Shown piece by piece: positions 28,501 through 44,276 of a DNA stretch of 64,000 nt. The translations under genes were made by a program, and so were the position numbers. Location: assembly GCF_009914755.1 (NCBI RefSeq), contig NC_060947.1, one strand, 5' to 3'. Positions within the stretch are counted from its first letter, which is position 1. Every line of letters starts with the position of its first letter. A model generated the notes under the pieces. The model ran no database searches. It was not told the origin of the DNA and worked only from the letters and a program-made list of their open reading frames with translations. The DNA is from the human T2T-CHM13v2.0 reference genome, Homo sapiens.

Positions 28501-30171
28501 CATTTAGTGAGTTCTTGGATCCCCCCCTAGAAAGCCAGAAAATCAAGTGTGCCAAGACTACGCATAAACATGGAACAGTAGTAGGCTCTAAGCAAGGACT
28601 CAAAAACCTTTCAGATGAGATGATTTCCTGCTCGACCACTATTTTTCCTTTCTGATGAAGAGAGTTCAAGTTGTGGAATAGGCAACTTCCAGAAAAAACA
28701 AGGTATTGCTGCATATAAAAGAGTCTATTATCACTCAAAGTCAGTGGTATCTTGGGGAAATCTAGAATTATCCAACATCTAGAAAAGACCTGGATGTACC
28801 CCAAATATTTCTTGATAGTACAAGGCTGAAAATCATAATAAAATTCTACAAAGAAAATAGAACTCAAGGTTTAAAGGTATAGAGGTGGTAGTGAGATGAC
28901 GAAAAATTCAGAATTCTATTCCATTTTTCTTCACAAGAACCACAAATCCAACTTCTCAATTTTGTTTTACCTCAAGGACATTAAGAACAAGGAAAGCCAT
29001 GTCACGTGATGGCTCAGAAGAAGCTGTGGCATCAATGAGTTTCCTCATCTGTAAAATGGAGATAATTACAGTACAGACCTCATAGGGCTGTTGGGAAAAT
29101 TAAATGAGATAATTATGTAAAAGTCAGCATCATATAGTAGGCACTTAATAAATCTTCACTATTGTTATCATCATAACTATTATAAGGTAGGGGAGAAGAA
29201 AAAGAAAAAGAGAAAGGAAAGTCTACTTTTAGTGGAGTTTTTCAGAAAGAATTAATTAAGCAGAAACAAAAAGCAATTGTGCTGCCCCATTTTACTAAGC
29301 ACATCTAAGTAAATTAAATTTAGGAAACGAGGCAATGCAAAGACTGAGAATAAAGAACAACTTTTTTAAATGCTTCAATCATTATCAAAACAACATTAGC
29401 AATAGAGCACTCCAACCACTGTAGCAAAGGGCCCCAGGCTCATTTATGAGGGCAAAGGCTTCCTGCAAATGAAGACATAAAATCCAAATCGAGGCAGTAA
29501 GGATTGCTCGTGGAACTGTGCACATATTTGCAGAAAGCACTCACTGCTTAAATACCCCCAATGTGGACTAGTGAAGGAATACCAAAGAGATTGTGGATCT
29601 AGGCCAAGATCAAGATGAGCTTTCTTCAACTTCATGTGATGGAGAAAATAGCTAGCAAAAGCCGTCACATCAAATTTCACATGAGTGAAGTACTGGGATG
29701 GTTTTCTCACTAATTTGGTCTACCAGAATATTGGGGAGGGGATGTATTTTAGGGGAAAAACAATTGTGTCTCCTAATTTCAATTCAATGGAATAATAAAC
29801 GGTCATAAGAAAGAAAAAAAGTGGATGCTCTCTTTTTCTTAGCAATTAATAATACATTATCTTGTAGTGGTCCCCAGTTTGAAGTCTTGTCTCTCCAAAT
29901 GTTTGTTACAAAAGGATTTAGGGGCAATGTCTTCTGAAACATTGTACAAGTGCCTTGAGGTCTGGGATCATGGTTTATTTTTCCTTGTTGGGTTTATTTT
30001 TTCTAAAAGTGAGGCAGGAAAAGAATGAGAAGAGGGAGTGAAACAAGATAAAGAATGAGTACCGATGGTGACAAGGTAAAGGGCACTAGCAATAATTAGC
30101 TCAGACATAATTTCATTGTCTCCATGTTCCTTTGCTAGGGTTGTCCTTCTGTCTATCCCCACAATTCAAGA

Positions 30172-30173
<2 letters not shown>

Positions 30174-30222
<49 letters not shown>
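30174..30222 (+). repeat. Perfect (GT)24 microsatellite
   Basis: Uninterrupted gt run, followed by a GA-rich tract. Confidence 0.97.
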
Positions 30223-30224
<2 letters not shown>

Positions 30225-31254
30225 GTGAAAGAGAGACAGAGAGAAAGGGAGAGAGAGATACAATTAGTAGATGCTGCCCCCATTTTCTACCCTCTGTTCA
30301 CATGACTAGTATTCAGCCTCCAAGCTATAGCAGGCTTATCTGGAAGCTAATCCAACCAAAATCTTGTCAGAACTTTTTTTCTCTCCTAGTCTCACATTTT
30401 TGCAGATCTAGAAAACACAGTGGGCAAAGTGCAGAACTGGACAGAGGTGTAAATGCTGACGACCCGGGCCCTCAGATACATAGCCATGTCAGCTACTGTA
30501 AATGTTAAAATGCCAGTATGATCACTCTACCACTCCCCTCCAACCAGACAAGGATTGTAAGGTAACATCTGTGAGCTTGGATATTCTGGGAATTAAACAA
30601 ATCACTAATACTCTGTTCTAAAAAGGGACCTTGATGCCCCAAAGAGTAAGATTCAGCTCTCTGCTTCAACCCAATTCTCATGTCACATCATTTCTTCTCA
30701 CCCCACTTTCATCCAACAGATCAACTCCAAAACCAATCTAAGAAGTTCATGAATGCTACATGTATTTTTAAAATCTGTCTAAATTATTCATTCTATCACC
30801 AAATTGTTAGTCTCAACAAACTCTTCACAAGAGTCTGACTGCATAAATAGTTTAACAAATACTTCAAGCTTATATATTATACTTCATATAATCAACCTAA
30901 TACCCCCTGAGGCTTTGACCCAAGAAACTGTTGTGAATGTAGGCTTTATTAACTAATCTGAACAATTTTCTTAGCTAATTCTAAAGATTTCATTATAATA
31001 CACAAAATAAGCTATAATCAACACACCTTACAATTCAGAGGTTAATTCTTGTAACAGTGCCATAAATCTCAAGCTTTGCAATGTCAAGCAGTCAGAAGTG
31101 TTATTTTTCTATCTGACCTCGATCCTCTCTTGGTGAGGCAAGAAAAAGGTGGCTGATTCCCTCTGCTTGAGGAAGGATAGAAGAAAGACTGATAATTAAT
31201 TAATTACTAATTAATTGTGAATACCCATAATTAATTTTCCCAGTTACAGGAGGC

Positions 31255-31505
31255 AGCCTATGGGGATAGTTAAAAGAATAGACTCTAAGAGCCATGCCAT
31301 CTGGGTTCAAATCCTGCCTTCACCATTTATTTATTAATTTTGTGGCCTTGAGCAAGTTACTTAATCATTCTGTGCCTTAGATTTCCATCGACAAAATAAG
31401 GATACTAACATCTACTCATAATTATATTGTGAGGATTAAATGAATTAATACATGTAAACCACTTAAAAGAGCACCTAGCACATGGTGCCATATAAGTGTC
31501 TGCTA
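31255..31505 (+). mobile_element. MIR, near full length, followed by (CAC)n(CAT)n
   Basis: ctgggttcaaatcctgccttcaccatttat...gtggccttgagcaagttacttaatc...tgtgaggattaaatga. Confidence 0.75.
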
Positions 31506-32157
31506 TCATCACCACCACCACCACCTCCATCATCATCATCATCTTCCTAGCTGGGTGTTAGAATTGAAGGAGGTACTCCCCATCCTGCTATGATAGTCCT
31601 ACTAAGTTAGCAAGGAGAAGTGTCATTTCCTACCCGTTCTGGCAATGCCACAACAGCTTCTCTTGCAATCATTCACAGGCATGGTAAGAAGTGAGAGTCA
31701 CAAAGAGAGGAGAGGTCACCACTCACACCAATGGGAAAATCCTGGGCCAACAAGCCAGTGTCTGCCTCTTAAATGGAAATGGTCCTAGTGGTCAGAAGGA
31801 GTCCACATGTGTCCCACAAGCATCTAACTCATTCCTGGAGAAAACTGGGCTCAGTATTTAAGGGAACTTTTTTGTTTTTGAATCAAGCTGAGAGAAAATA
31901 TTATTTATTCTTTCTGTAGAGATTTATAACCTTTATATACAGGTAAATAGAATGTCCTTGGACAATGATTTTTTGACAATACTCACCTTTCCAAAGATTG
32001 AAATGAAGCTTCTCTGAAAATGTGTTTTTTTAAACCAGAATTTCTCACTGGGAGGTTTTTAATAGCAAGCATTAATGCTGGAATGGTAATTTATAAATTA
32101 TACTTAGTATTTGAAAGCCCAGTGCCCAAATAATGATGCCACTAAGCAGCACATCTA

Positions 32158-32364
<207 letters not shown>

Positions 32365-32884
32365 TCAGTAAGCAGGATCTCTCTCTCACACACCCACACC
32401 CACACCACCCCCACCCCCTACACACACACTCACACATGGCAAACAGGGCAAACAATGCATTTCTTTTGAGATACAGTAAAATTTTGATTATTCAAAATTA
32501 CGTTTCATCTTAACTAATCCCTGCTTTCTCCCAATTGTCCTTATGGCTGACTCTTTTTGAATAACCATCAGAATTAATTGCCTAGGTTTGACTCATAAAT
32601 TCTGCATAAACTAATTTATAGCACCAAAAACACATCACTGAACACCGATATTTAGTTTGTCTTTTAAAAGATCAATCTTCACTCCTATAATTTATTTTTC
32701 CTGATTATAATGTATGAATGAGAAGACAACCAAGAAACAATTTTCAAAATTCCAGTTATGATTTCCAAATGAAATGTATGTCTGGCCAACCCAATACTGC
32801 TTTTCAGGATAAATGATCAAAACATCAATATCATATCAAAGCTGTGTTGTTGTTTTAACTAAAGGTCTGAAGCAAGATACAAGT

Positions 32885-33060
32885 CATTCAACAAATATTT
32901 ATTAGGTGCCTACTATATGCCAAGCACTGTGGTTGTAACAGTATACAAAGCAAAGTCCCCGCCCTCATGGAGCTTACATTCTGGGAGATAACAAACAAAC
33001 AAAAATATAAACATAATGTCAAAAGGTGATAAATACTATAGAGAAAGTAAAACAAAGTAA
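32885..33060 (-). mobile_element. L2 3' end
   Basis: cattcaacaaatatttattaggtgcctactatatgccaagcactgtg...cccgccctcatggagcttacattct. Confidence 0.75.
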
Positions 33061-33067
33061 GGAAAGG

Positions 33068-33480
33068 AAAACAAACTGTGGTATATCTATAAAATGGAAT
33101 TCTATTTAGCCATAAAAAGGAATGAACCATTAATGCATACTACTGGAGGGACAAAACTCAAAAACATTATGCTATGTGAAAGAAGCCAGATCAAAAAGAA
33201 GCACATACTCTATGGTTCCGTTTATACAAAAGTCTAAAAAACAGAAACTAATCTAGAGTGACAGAAAGCAGTTCAGTCGTTGTTAAGGGAGATGGTGGGC
33301 AGGAGGGGTAGGAGGAAGGGTTTATAAAGAGTAGTGGAGAAACTCTGGGGAGTGATGGATATGTTCATTATTTTTATTGTGGTAATGGTTTCACGGGTGT
33401 ATATGCATGTCAAAATTATCAACTTGCACCCTTAAAATATGTAGTTTATTATATATCAATTATGCCTCAATAAAGGTGTC
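33068..33480 (+). mobile_element. L1M (L1MC/L1ME-type) 3'UTR fragment
   Basis: aacaaactgtggtatatctataaaatggaattctatttagccataaaaaggaatgaa...caattatgcctcaataaag. Confidence 0.8.
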
Positions 33481-33489
33481 AATTGTTTT

Positions 33490-33638
<149 letters not shown>

Positions 33639-33818
33639 TAAAGTAAGGGAGATACAGAATGTGATGATTGTGGAGACTATTCTGTTTTGCATATGGTAGT
33701 CAGAGAAGGCATCTTCCATAAGGTAACGTTTGAGGAGAGATGAGGAAGGTGAGTGTGAATCTGATGATTTTATATCCTCCACCAATACTAACAAATATTA
33801 GGGCTCAGTGAATATTAA

Positions 33819-34171
<353 letters not shown>

Positions 34172-34206
34172 ACTCTTTCTCCAATTAGCATTTGTTGATC
34201 TCCTTC

Positions 34207-34672
34207 TGTGGTGGCTGTGAATATGGGCATCTCAGATCTTCTACTGTGGGGAATGTAATTGACTAATGGTCCCAGCTGCTGCCCTTTGAATTCACCACCA
34301 CATTGTTCCTAAGCCACATTCCCTGGGGGCTGCTCCCAGCCAATGACTGAGCATGGCAAAGATACTAAGTCCTGTAACCCAGGACTTTGCTCACAGGGGA
34401 CTTTGGCTTGAGGACTCCCCATTGACCTTGCCAAACTTTCTTAAAACGGCACTGCAGTCTAAGATTCCTCCTACTCAACCTTCCTTCCTTTCCTCTCTCT
34501 TCCACAAGGGTCAGACCTGCACCATGGTCTGATGGCTTTTCCGGCCTCCTTCAGCTCCCTCCTCATTTTCCTTCATAAGTGTTTTCCCCCAATAAATCCC
34601 TTGCACATCTATTCCATATTGGATTAGATATGAATCCAACTGGCATCTGCTTCTCAGAGAACCCAGTCTAAC
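34207..34672 (+). mobile_element. ERVL solo LTR (LTR16-like)
   Basis: tgtggtggctgt...ggctgctcccagccaatgactgagcatggca...cccaataaatcccttgcacatct...ggcatctgcttctcagagaacccagtctaaca. Confidence 0.75.
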
Positions 34673-36759
34673 ATACCTTCTATATGCCAGGCACTGTGCT
34701 ACATGCTGGAGGTACGACTTTGAACAAGAGAAATTTAATCCCTTCTCCAAAGAAGTTCACCGTCTAAAGGGACTAGCAGAGATAAATAGCTACTGCATAG
34801 TAAATGAGTGCAATAAAGCAAACTAAGAAGGTAGAATGAAAAAAAAATGTGTATATGGGATATAAGGATGACTCCCCTAAAGTTTTACAAGGTCCTCAGA
34901 AAAGCAAGTTTCAAGAAATCTTACTGAAGTCATACTAGAAAGCATATTCAGACATTTTAGACAGTTTTTCAATAATTGGATGTTTTATTTTTTTAAAAAA
35001 TGAGGGGAGACTAGTTAGCCCTAAGTCACCAGAAAATTTATTTTTATTACAACATCTTATTTCCCTAGGAATTTCAGTTGATCATGTCCTTAACTTATGT
35101 GTCCAGATTTTCTTAATTTAGGAATGAAATTCATCAAGTTTTGCCTCACATGACATCACTGCTGGGGTCCAGGGTATTGACTCCAAGCTCTCCACTTCAC
35201 CCTTCTCAAGGGAGCTGCTGACAAAAGCAGTAAAGGAGAACACAGATAATACATATCACCAAACTGAACCCAGCACTGTAATTTATAGTACTAGATGGAA
35301 AGGTGATATTTAATGTCAAAATACCATTTGGGGTCTGCAGACATAGAGTTCAGATTTATCTCCTATAAATTTCAATCTCATATACAAGCCTTAGACTGAT
35401 TTTCAATATGGTCTAAGCTTAAAGCTTTATGATTATCTTCAGAAAAAGTAAAGAAACAGCTAGTTCTAGCTCACTGTGTTCTTACTACATGAAGTTACAA
35501 AATGTAATGCTATTCTAGGAATAGGAACTGATGCAGTTTACTGGACCAAGAAGGGAAAGAGTCTCCTTGGGTAAGAGTAGCTAATCTAAATTTAAACAAT
35601 GCTGGTTGGGACACATATGTAGACATGAAAAATCCTATGTGGCAGGTACTTTCACATACAAAGTTCCTGTTCATCTAGCAAGGCTTTATTTACTTTCTTG
35701 ATAAACTGATGCCTAAGTAGTACATGTTCAAAATATCATATTTAAATAAGTTCATAAAATTAATCATTATAGATAAAATCCTTTGTGTTTCTAAATTTGC
35801 ATTGACAATCACTTCCAGTTTTCAGGAATGGTTGAGTTTATTTGGCAGGGTGACTGTTAGTACTGGTCCTATTCCCACCAGCTCTAGGTAGTGGGAGTTA
35901 TCAAATAAAAGGGCTCAGATCTTTTCTCAGTGAAGTGCTATGAGTGGTTCAGATCTTAGATGGTAACAAATTGTTGCTTGATGTACCTACATGGGTCCGG
36001 GAATGACTCTTTGAACTACCATGACACCAGTTTGATTTGCCTTTGATATGATAATTCATATAGTAATTTAGAGCTTGCATACAGTATGTCCCTTCCCTGA
36101 GTTGGCCAAGTCTCATCATTTTATAAACTCCCACCACCTGAAGAATCAGGTAAGCCAAAAATCTTTAAAAGAATAAAATTTCAAATGAGAACTTTTGGGA
36201 AAACATGTCAGATGTCCTGAAGAAAGGTATATATGATATCCAAATATAAGTGGATATGTTGCAATATTTACCCTCCCTCCCAGTTATTACTGCTTGGTTA
36301 ATGAGTGAACTGGTATAATTGATCTATGGGCTAAAAGTTAGCTATAGATTTAAGGAAATAAAACACCCATAAACTGATTAAGAATTCAGAATTTCCAAAC
36401 CAGGAAGGAGAGAAATACATGCCAAAGGAAAAGATATTTTGTATTAAGTAAATTTCATATAAATTTCAGTAAATTTCACAGACCAGCTTTTAAGAAAAGC
36501 CCCATCACAAGACAGCATGAGGAAGAAGCCTAGGTGAGCTAGGCATGCCTAAATGAAATGACAATAATGAAATATAACTATTTCAATGTATGGACATGTG
36601 CATGAAATAAATAAAACAGAAAGAACACAGAAAACAGAAAGAAACAGAAAAAGAATTTAGAGGGAATTCTCATCAAGTAAACAAAGAATTAACCTGGGAA
36701 CTGAATCCCAAATGGAATGAAGAAAAACTAAAACCAAAAGCAGATGACTAAGGAGATAA

Positions 36760-38103
<1,344 letters not shown>

Positions 38104-38974
38104 TTATTTTAAGACAACTTCTCGCACATTGGGTCCAGTCATACAAGTAAAAGGGGATATTTGAGCTATGGAAGCTTTTCTTCTGGGGGATTACTCCACT
38201 CCTAGAGGCTAACCACAGATGGTCCACAGAAGGCTTTCTTCTGAGGCATACTCTTGTGACAGGAGATCTTTTCAGGCCTGGCTACCTGTGGCTTGGCCTT
38301 CTTGACCTCCATCACAGACTCTTTCCTTTGGGCCCACTTCTCGCTCTTTGTTAGCTCCATTTAAATATCTGACCTTTTAGACTGCTCCTGGTTTTCTTTA
38401 GTCACCTCCCCCAGGAGTGGGACTTCAGCTTCTCTTTGCTATGAAGTCCTATGCTTACCACATTCACTTGGAGACCCCATTCCAGGCCTAATCCCTGTCC
38501 ATACTTGGAAGAGGAAAGCCAACAGTGTGTATAGGGCTGTTTCAATGTGTCAGTTCTATTGGATTTTTATTCCAAATCAGCATTAATGGCTTCGAGGTCA
38601 GTATCATCACAGGCACTAGTGGGCAGCAAATAACAAAACACTTATGATTCCTCAGGTCAAGTTGTTTACAATTTAATCCTAGCCCTATCACTTGCTAGCT
38701 GCACAAGCAAGGGTAGGTTATTCAACCTCTACCTAACTTTTTGCCCTTATCTATAACATGGGATCATCAATAGTACTTAGTTATTACAAAAATTAAGTGA
38801 GATTATGCATGTGAAGCTCTTAGTCTTTTTGATACAAAGTAAATATTCAATATGCATTAATTAAAAGTAAACCAAAGATAAATTCATGCTGAGAGACTAG
38901 ACTTTCACACAAAATAATAGCTAGAGAACAGTGAAAGTTGGTATACGGTTACGTGACAAAATATGCAGTGTATT

Positions 38975-39120
38975 TTCTGAGGTGGAAGAAATAGTCTACA
39001 TTCTAATTAGGTTACTGGTTACATGGGTGTACACATTTGTCAAAACTCATCAAACTCTTCACTTAAAATGAGTGCATCTTATTGTTTGTAAATTATATCT
39101 CAATAAAGTTGACTTTTAAA
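38975..39120 (+). mobile_element. L1M 3'-end fragment
   Basis: ggttacatgggtgtacacatttgtcaaaactcatcaaact...aattatatctcaataaagttgac. Confidence 0.7.
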
Positions 39121-42100
39121 ATATGTGATATAGACAACATTTGCTGGATAAGGGAATGCTCACCAGAGGCTCTAGGAGTCAAAGAAGACTTCCAGGAGAA
39201 GGTGAGGCTTGAGGTAGACCATACAGAATGGAAAAGATGTGGAGAGGCCAATGGGTGAAATGTGTTTGGAAACAGTGGAATAACGGGGCAAAGCTAACAT
39301 AACTGCAGACTGGCTAGACCCTGGGGCGTAATAGCTTATCAGGTAAGACAGACCCAAATTTGAAGGGCCTTGAATGCAGGCAGAGACCTGTGGGCTTGAC
39401 TCCTAGGCAGTAATGGACCACTGGAGCTTCTCAAGCAGAGACATAATATGATGAAGAGTGCTGTTTAGGAAGATTAGCCATACACCTTGAAATTGGGAAA
39501 TGGACTAAATAATCCCTCAAGGTCACTTCCAGGTCTCTGATTCTCTAATTACCTTTATCATGTTCTATATGTTGGTTATTTTACTAGACTGCAATTTTAG
39601 TTAATAACTACAAATTGTCAAAAATCACATTAAAGAACAGAAAAAATATTAATGTAGACCTTGATCCTTACACTTTTCTAAGAGCAGATAAAGCATATTC
39701 AAACAGCAACAGAAGAGAATGAATCATCAGGGCTCAGTAACAATGAAAATTGAAATCTTTTCTATATATATATATGATGATTTGACACATTTCATTGCCA
39801 AGGTCTGCTTTATGAATGGCAGATTATTTTTTTTTTTGCTAACAAAAGTACTTTGTGCTGAAAATAATAATGCATTATCATTAAATTAATATTAAACAAA
39901 AGAATTAATGATATCCCAAACTGGTTGCTTCATGACTTGTAGGGAAAATAATAGATGCCTATTAAAATCATCCAAAGGATTAAGTGCAGGTTGCTCTACT
40001 AATGAACCAAAAAAAGCCATAACAGGCATTTTTTAAAAGGTATCTTTTTAAATGCAGGACAAGTCAATTTGCCATCCAAAAATATGAACTAATTTCCTTA
40101 GCATATAATAGTGACTTGCTATTGGAATGACGCCTTTTCCCCTAATTAATCATTATCTAAACCACATCTTACATGCTCATTTAATTTCTCACAAATCAAG
40201 ATAGGAATACAGATGAAAGAAATGGCTGCATTAAAAACCGGTGGGGAAAGTGATGATTGCTGGCGAAAGAAATCATCTTAGGGAACCCAGCTGAAGGTTA
40301 CCCTTCTGTTATTTAGCCTGAAAGAACATGACTTTGCAGAGGGCGCACCTGGGTATCAGGAGCTCAGACTTTAAATCAAAGACCGTGCCTGGGGCCACCA
40401 TGGACTCTGCCTCTGTAAAAGGCAGGCCAAAATGTCACTACCACACTGGAGTACTGGGAGTTTAAAGCAACCGTGGAGATAAGCCATTCTCTAAGCCCGA
40501 AAATTAAAGAAAGAATTACCTTTATCTCTACTGCCAACTGTCAATTAACTGCCTATCATTTCATGCCCAGTAAAGGTTGAATCCCCAGATCACTACACTC
40601 TCCCATAAAGAGGTTCTTCCTGGACCACTTTACCAACCAGTGGTCAACATGTGCTCTGAGAATACAAATTCACGGATTATATCCACCTTGCCAAAGTGGT
40701 GAACAATTCATTCATCCAACATTTACTGAATGCCTACTTTATGCCAAGGACTATGCCCAGCCCAAGGAATATAATAATGAACAGGACATGGTCCCTGCAC
40801 CAGAGTTCATGAATTGGTATAGAAAATGGACTCTCAAATTAACTAGAAACCTTTCACTCATTCTGGATACTTCACTCACACCCTCATCTGCTATAGCCAA
40901 ATGTCACCAAATGCTACTGATTTTGCTTTCTAAATGTAATCATTCCCCTCCTTTCCATTGCTCCCTCATCACCTCACCTTCTTTCACTTGGACAACTAAC
41001 AACAGCCTCCAAACTGGCCTTCCTGCCTCTATACCCTTCTCCACCCAAGTCCCAGAGAAATATTTCTAAAGTACATATCTGATTATGTCATTCTACTTCT
41101 TTAAAAACCTCCAAGAAAATGGAGTAAGGGCACAGGGGTGTGAAAGTGGGTGGCATCTTCAGGCACTGCCAAGGAACCTGGCAAGGCTAAAGGGAAAATT
41201 GAAGTGGTGGAGAGTGGCAGAAGCCAGATGACAAGGAGCTATGTGAACCCTGCTATAAGATGACTACTCGTTATCTTTGGACTGGATTCCCATGGGAAAG
41301 AATGTTTATGGGAGCAGAAGGAGATGAACTCCAAAAGCTTTCTATCCATTGAATTCCCACGGAACTCTCCAGTCTTTATAAAGACACTTCTCACACTCTC
41401 CATATTGCAACAAAGTTATATATGCATGCCTTATTTCCACTAGATTTAAGTTCCTTGAGGGAAGGACCCTTGAGTGATTCATCTTTGTGTCTCAAGGGGC
41501 CCATTGTAGTTTGGGCTTGATGTTCTCCCCTTTCACTTGGAGGTAATGTCAGAATTTCAAGAGAGTTCAGTTTTAAAGGAACTGGGTCAGATTAATTGAT
41601 GCTACTAGAGCAACTTTTAGAAAAGCGAAAGTATTCACACACATACACGCACATCATTGATTATTTAGATGAGGGGAAACACCCTAATAAAAAGAAAACT
41701 GGGTTGGAGAACAATGCCAGCTATGCTGGAGTTGGGATGCAGAATCTTCTAGTTTAGAATTCTGCCAGAGGGACTAAACTGAGGTAATTTTCCTGCCTCC
41801 CCTAGTCACTTCTTCACTAATTGTTATTCTACTCAGATAAGTAGCTGAGACCCTGTCTTTCAGAAGATGTTTAATTTTTATTTTTCAGATACAATCTTTA
41901 AATACGCAGACCTGAGGCAGAGCTGAGAATTTCAACACCCTAGGCCCAATCTAAGTGCTAGGTCCCTCCCCAACATGTATGAAATCACATCAGAGGGAAA
42001 AGAGCTCTTCCCTATCAAAGCTAAAATGTTATTATCTGCTCTGCTACCAAATCAGCTGTGTGACTTTATCAAGTGTGTTCCCAAATCTGGGCCTGTTTTC

Positions 42101-42404
42101 CTCAAAGGGATTGGACTAGCAAATCTAAGTTTCCCAATTGTAGGGTAATCAATATTCACTGAGCCCATTCTCAACCGGGCATTGGGAGGACACAAAAGAA
42201 GCAAAGGACTTGCTTTCGCCCTTTTAGGAACGCTTTGTCAATATCACTTGAAGATACATGAATACGGATATGGGGCTAAGGCAAAGACCAACAAGTTGGC
42301 CTTTATAGCATTGTATCCCAAGTAATAACCACATGTCCTTTTACATATATGCCCCTGTATCTCCAGAAGCCAACTAATGGCAGATATCCTCCTGATGGAT
42401 GGCA

Positions 42405-42582
42405 TGCAGTGGCAAAGGGAAAAACTCTGAAATCAGACAGACCAGAATGTGAACCTCAACTTGGCCATCCACTTAGCTGTGTGATCTTAGGCAAGTTACT
42501 TAATCTCTGAGCCTCAGTTTCCTTACCTATAAAATGGAGACAATAACACCTACTCTCAAGGTCGTTGTGAGAATTAAATTAA
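42405..42582 (+). mobile_element. MIR
   Basis: tagctgtgtgatcttaggcaagttacttaatctctgagcctcagtttccttacctataaaatggaga. Confidence 0.8.
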
Positions 42583-43952
42583 ACTCTTATTTAATGTTTT
42601 CCAAACACATGCCTCCATTTCCTGCTTCCCTGTTTCGCTCATGCTTTTCCTGTCTCTGAAGCACTCTTTCCCTAGCTTCAGCTATTAAAATATTCTCATC
42701 CATAAGGTCTCTCTCAGGTGTCTTTCATGTTTCTCCCCTCCTCTCCAAATGAACTCTTTGAGCTGTTATCTCTCAGAATTTTCAGTACATTTTGTACTTC
42801 TCTAACAATGTGTTTTGCAATCTAGGTTTTGTAGTCATTGGTATACCTTTCTTATCCCTACTATTAAGTTATAGGTTTCTGTGGGCAAGAGCTATATTTT
42901 GGCCATCTCTGTATTCCCTGACATGGCCTAGTGTCCAGTACATAGTACACACTCAATAAATGGTTGCTGAATTAATGAACAAATATTAGTCAACAATGAC
43001 AGCCTACTTCCTATACATAGTAATCTCCCTGTCTCTTGAGGCATTCAGGCATAATTTGGGTAGCAATGTCATATACCACAGAATGGACTCCTACACTAGG
43101 TAGGAGGGAGGCTGAATCTGGTGACCCCCAGGGTTCCTTTCTCTCTGTTTCCATGAAGGCCACACTCTAACTCACTAATCTCTTGACACACCACAGTTGT
43201 CACTGGTATGCTCTGATAATGCATCAGAGGAGAGATGCCCCACAGCCATAAATGTTAGAACTGGTCTTTTTGTCATAAACAAGTGTGACAGCATTTCTTC
43301 AGAGAATATCTCATCTGTGAAAACCATATATTTACCACTTTGCACGCAAGTTGTACCTAAAACTCAGTATGCCTGAATCTAAAAAGGAAGGCTTTTGCTT
43401 CACAGATGTTCTGGCTTCTAAAATTCCCTGTAGCTGATCTTTCAGCAAACCACAAAGACCAGGTGGAAAGCTGCAGTAGATTGCAAGTGCACCACTGCCT
43501 TGATCCTACAGATCCTGCAAAAAGGTTTTTCAGGTGCATAATAAGCAACAATTGCCTTCCCGTGGCAAAAATGCTTAGAAAAAATATTATATTTTTTCAG
43601 GAAAAAAGTTCAACAAGAATGATGAGGTAAGACCTAAAGCCCATGGTGAAATGGCTTAACCAAAGTAGTAACTCACCAATGATGACACATGTAGACATTA
43701 TTGGGCAGAAACATTTAGGTCAGGTAAAGGGGGAAAGAGTGTATTAGTTTCCTAGGGCTTCCATATCAAATTACCTCAAATTGGGTGGCTTAAAACAACT
43801 GAAATTTATTCTCTCACAGCTCTGGTGGCCAGAAGTAGATCTGTCTTGTTTCAGGCCTCTTCTTCTGATCCAGTGACTTGGGTAAGACTCATTGTTTCAG
43901 ACCTCTTTTTCTGATCTTGTTCAGAACTCTTCTTCTGATCCAGTGACTTGGG

Positions 43953-44194
43953 TAAGTCATTTTATTTCCCAGGTCCTTAATTTAACCATTTGAAAAATGA
44001 GTTAACAGTAGTTGCCACCCACATCCCCCTCAGGAAGCACACTGACATTTTTGACACTTTACAACTAACTTTAAGTCATTTTATTTCCCAGGTCCTCAAT
44101 TTAACCATTTAAAAAATGAGTTAACAGTAGTTGCCACCCACATCCCTCTCAGGAAGCGCACTGACATTTCTGACACTTTACAACTAACTTTAAG
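43953..44194 (+). repeat. 119-bp tandem duplication
   Basis: taagtcattttatttcccagg...acaactaactt occurs twice (43953 and 44072), with 5 mismatches. Confidence 0.95.
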
Positions 44195-44276
44195 ATTTCT
44201 TCAAACAAGTTCCTCCTTACAGTAGAGAGTTCTGGTAAACTGGTATGATTCAGAAGGCCCCAGAAAGCTCTCCTCT

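Noticed and set aside
43846-44194. Repeat-spacer-like pattern suggesting a CRISPR array
   Set aside because: Primate intron; units are unequal, adjacent duplications with no unique spacers and no cas genes.
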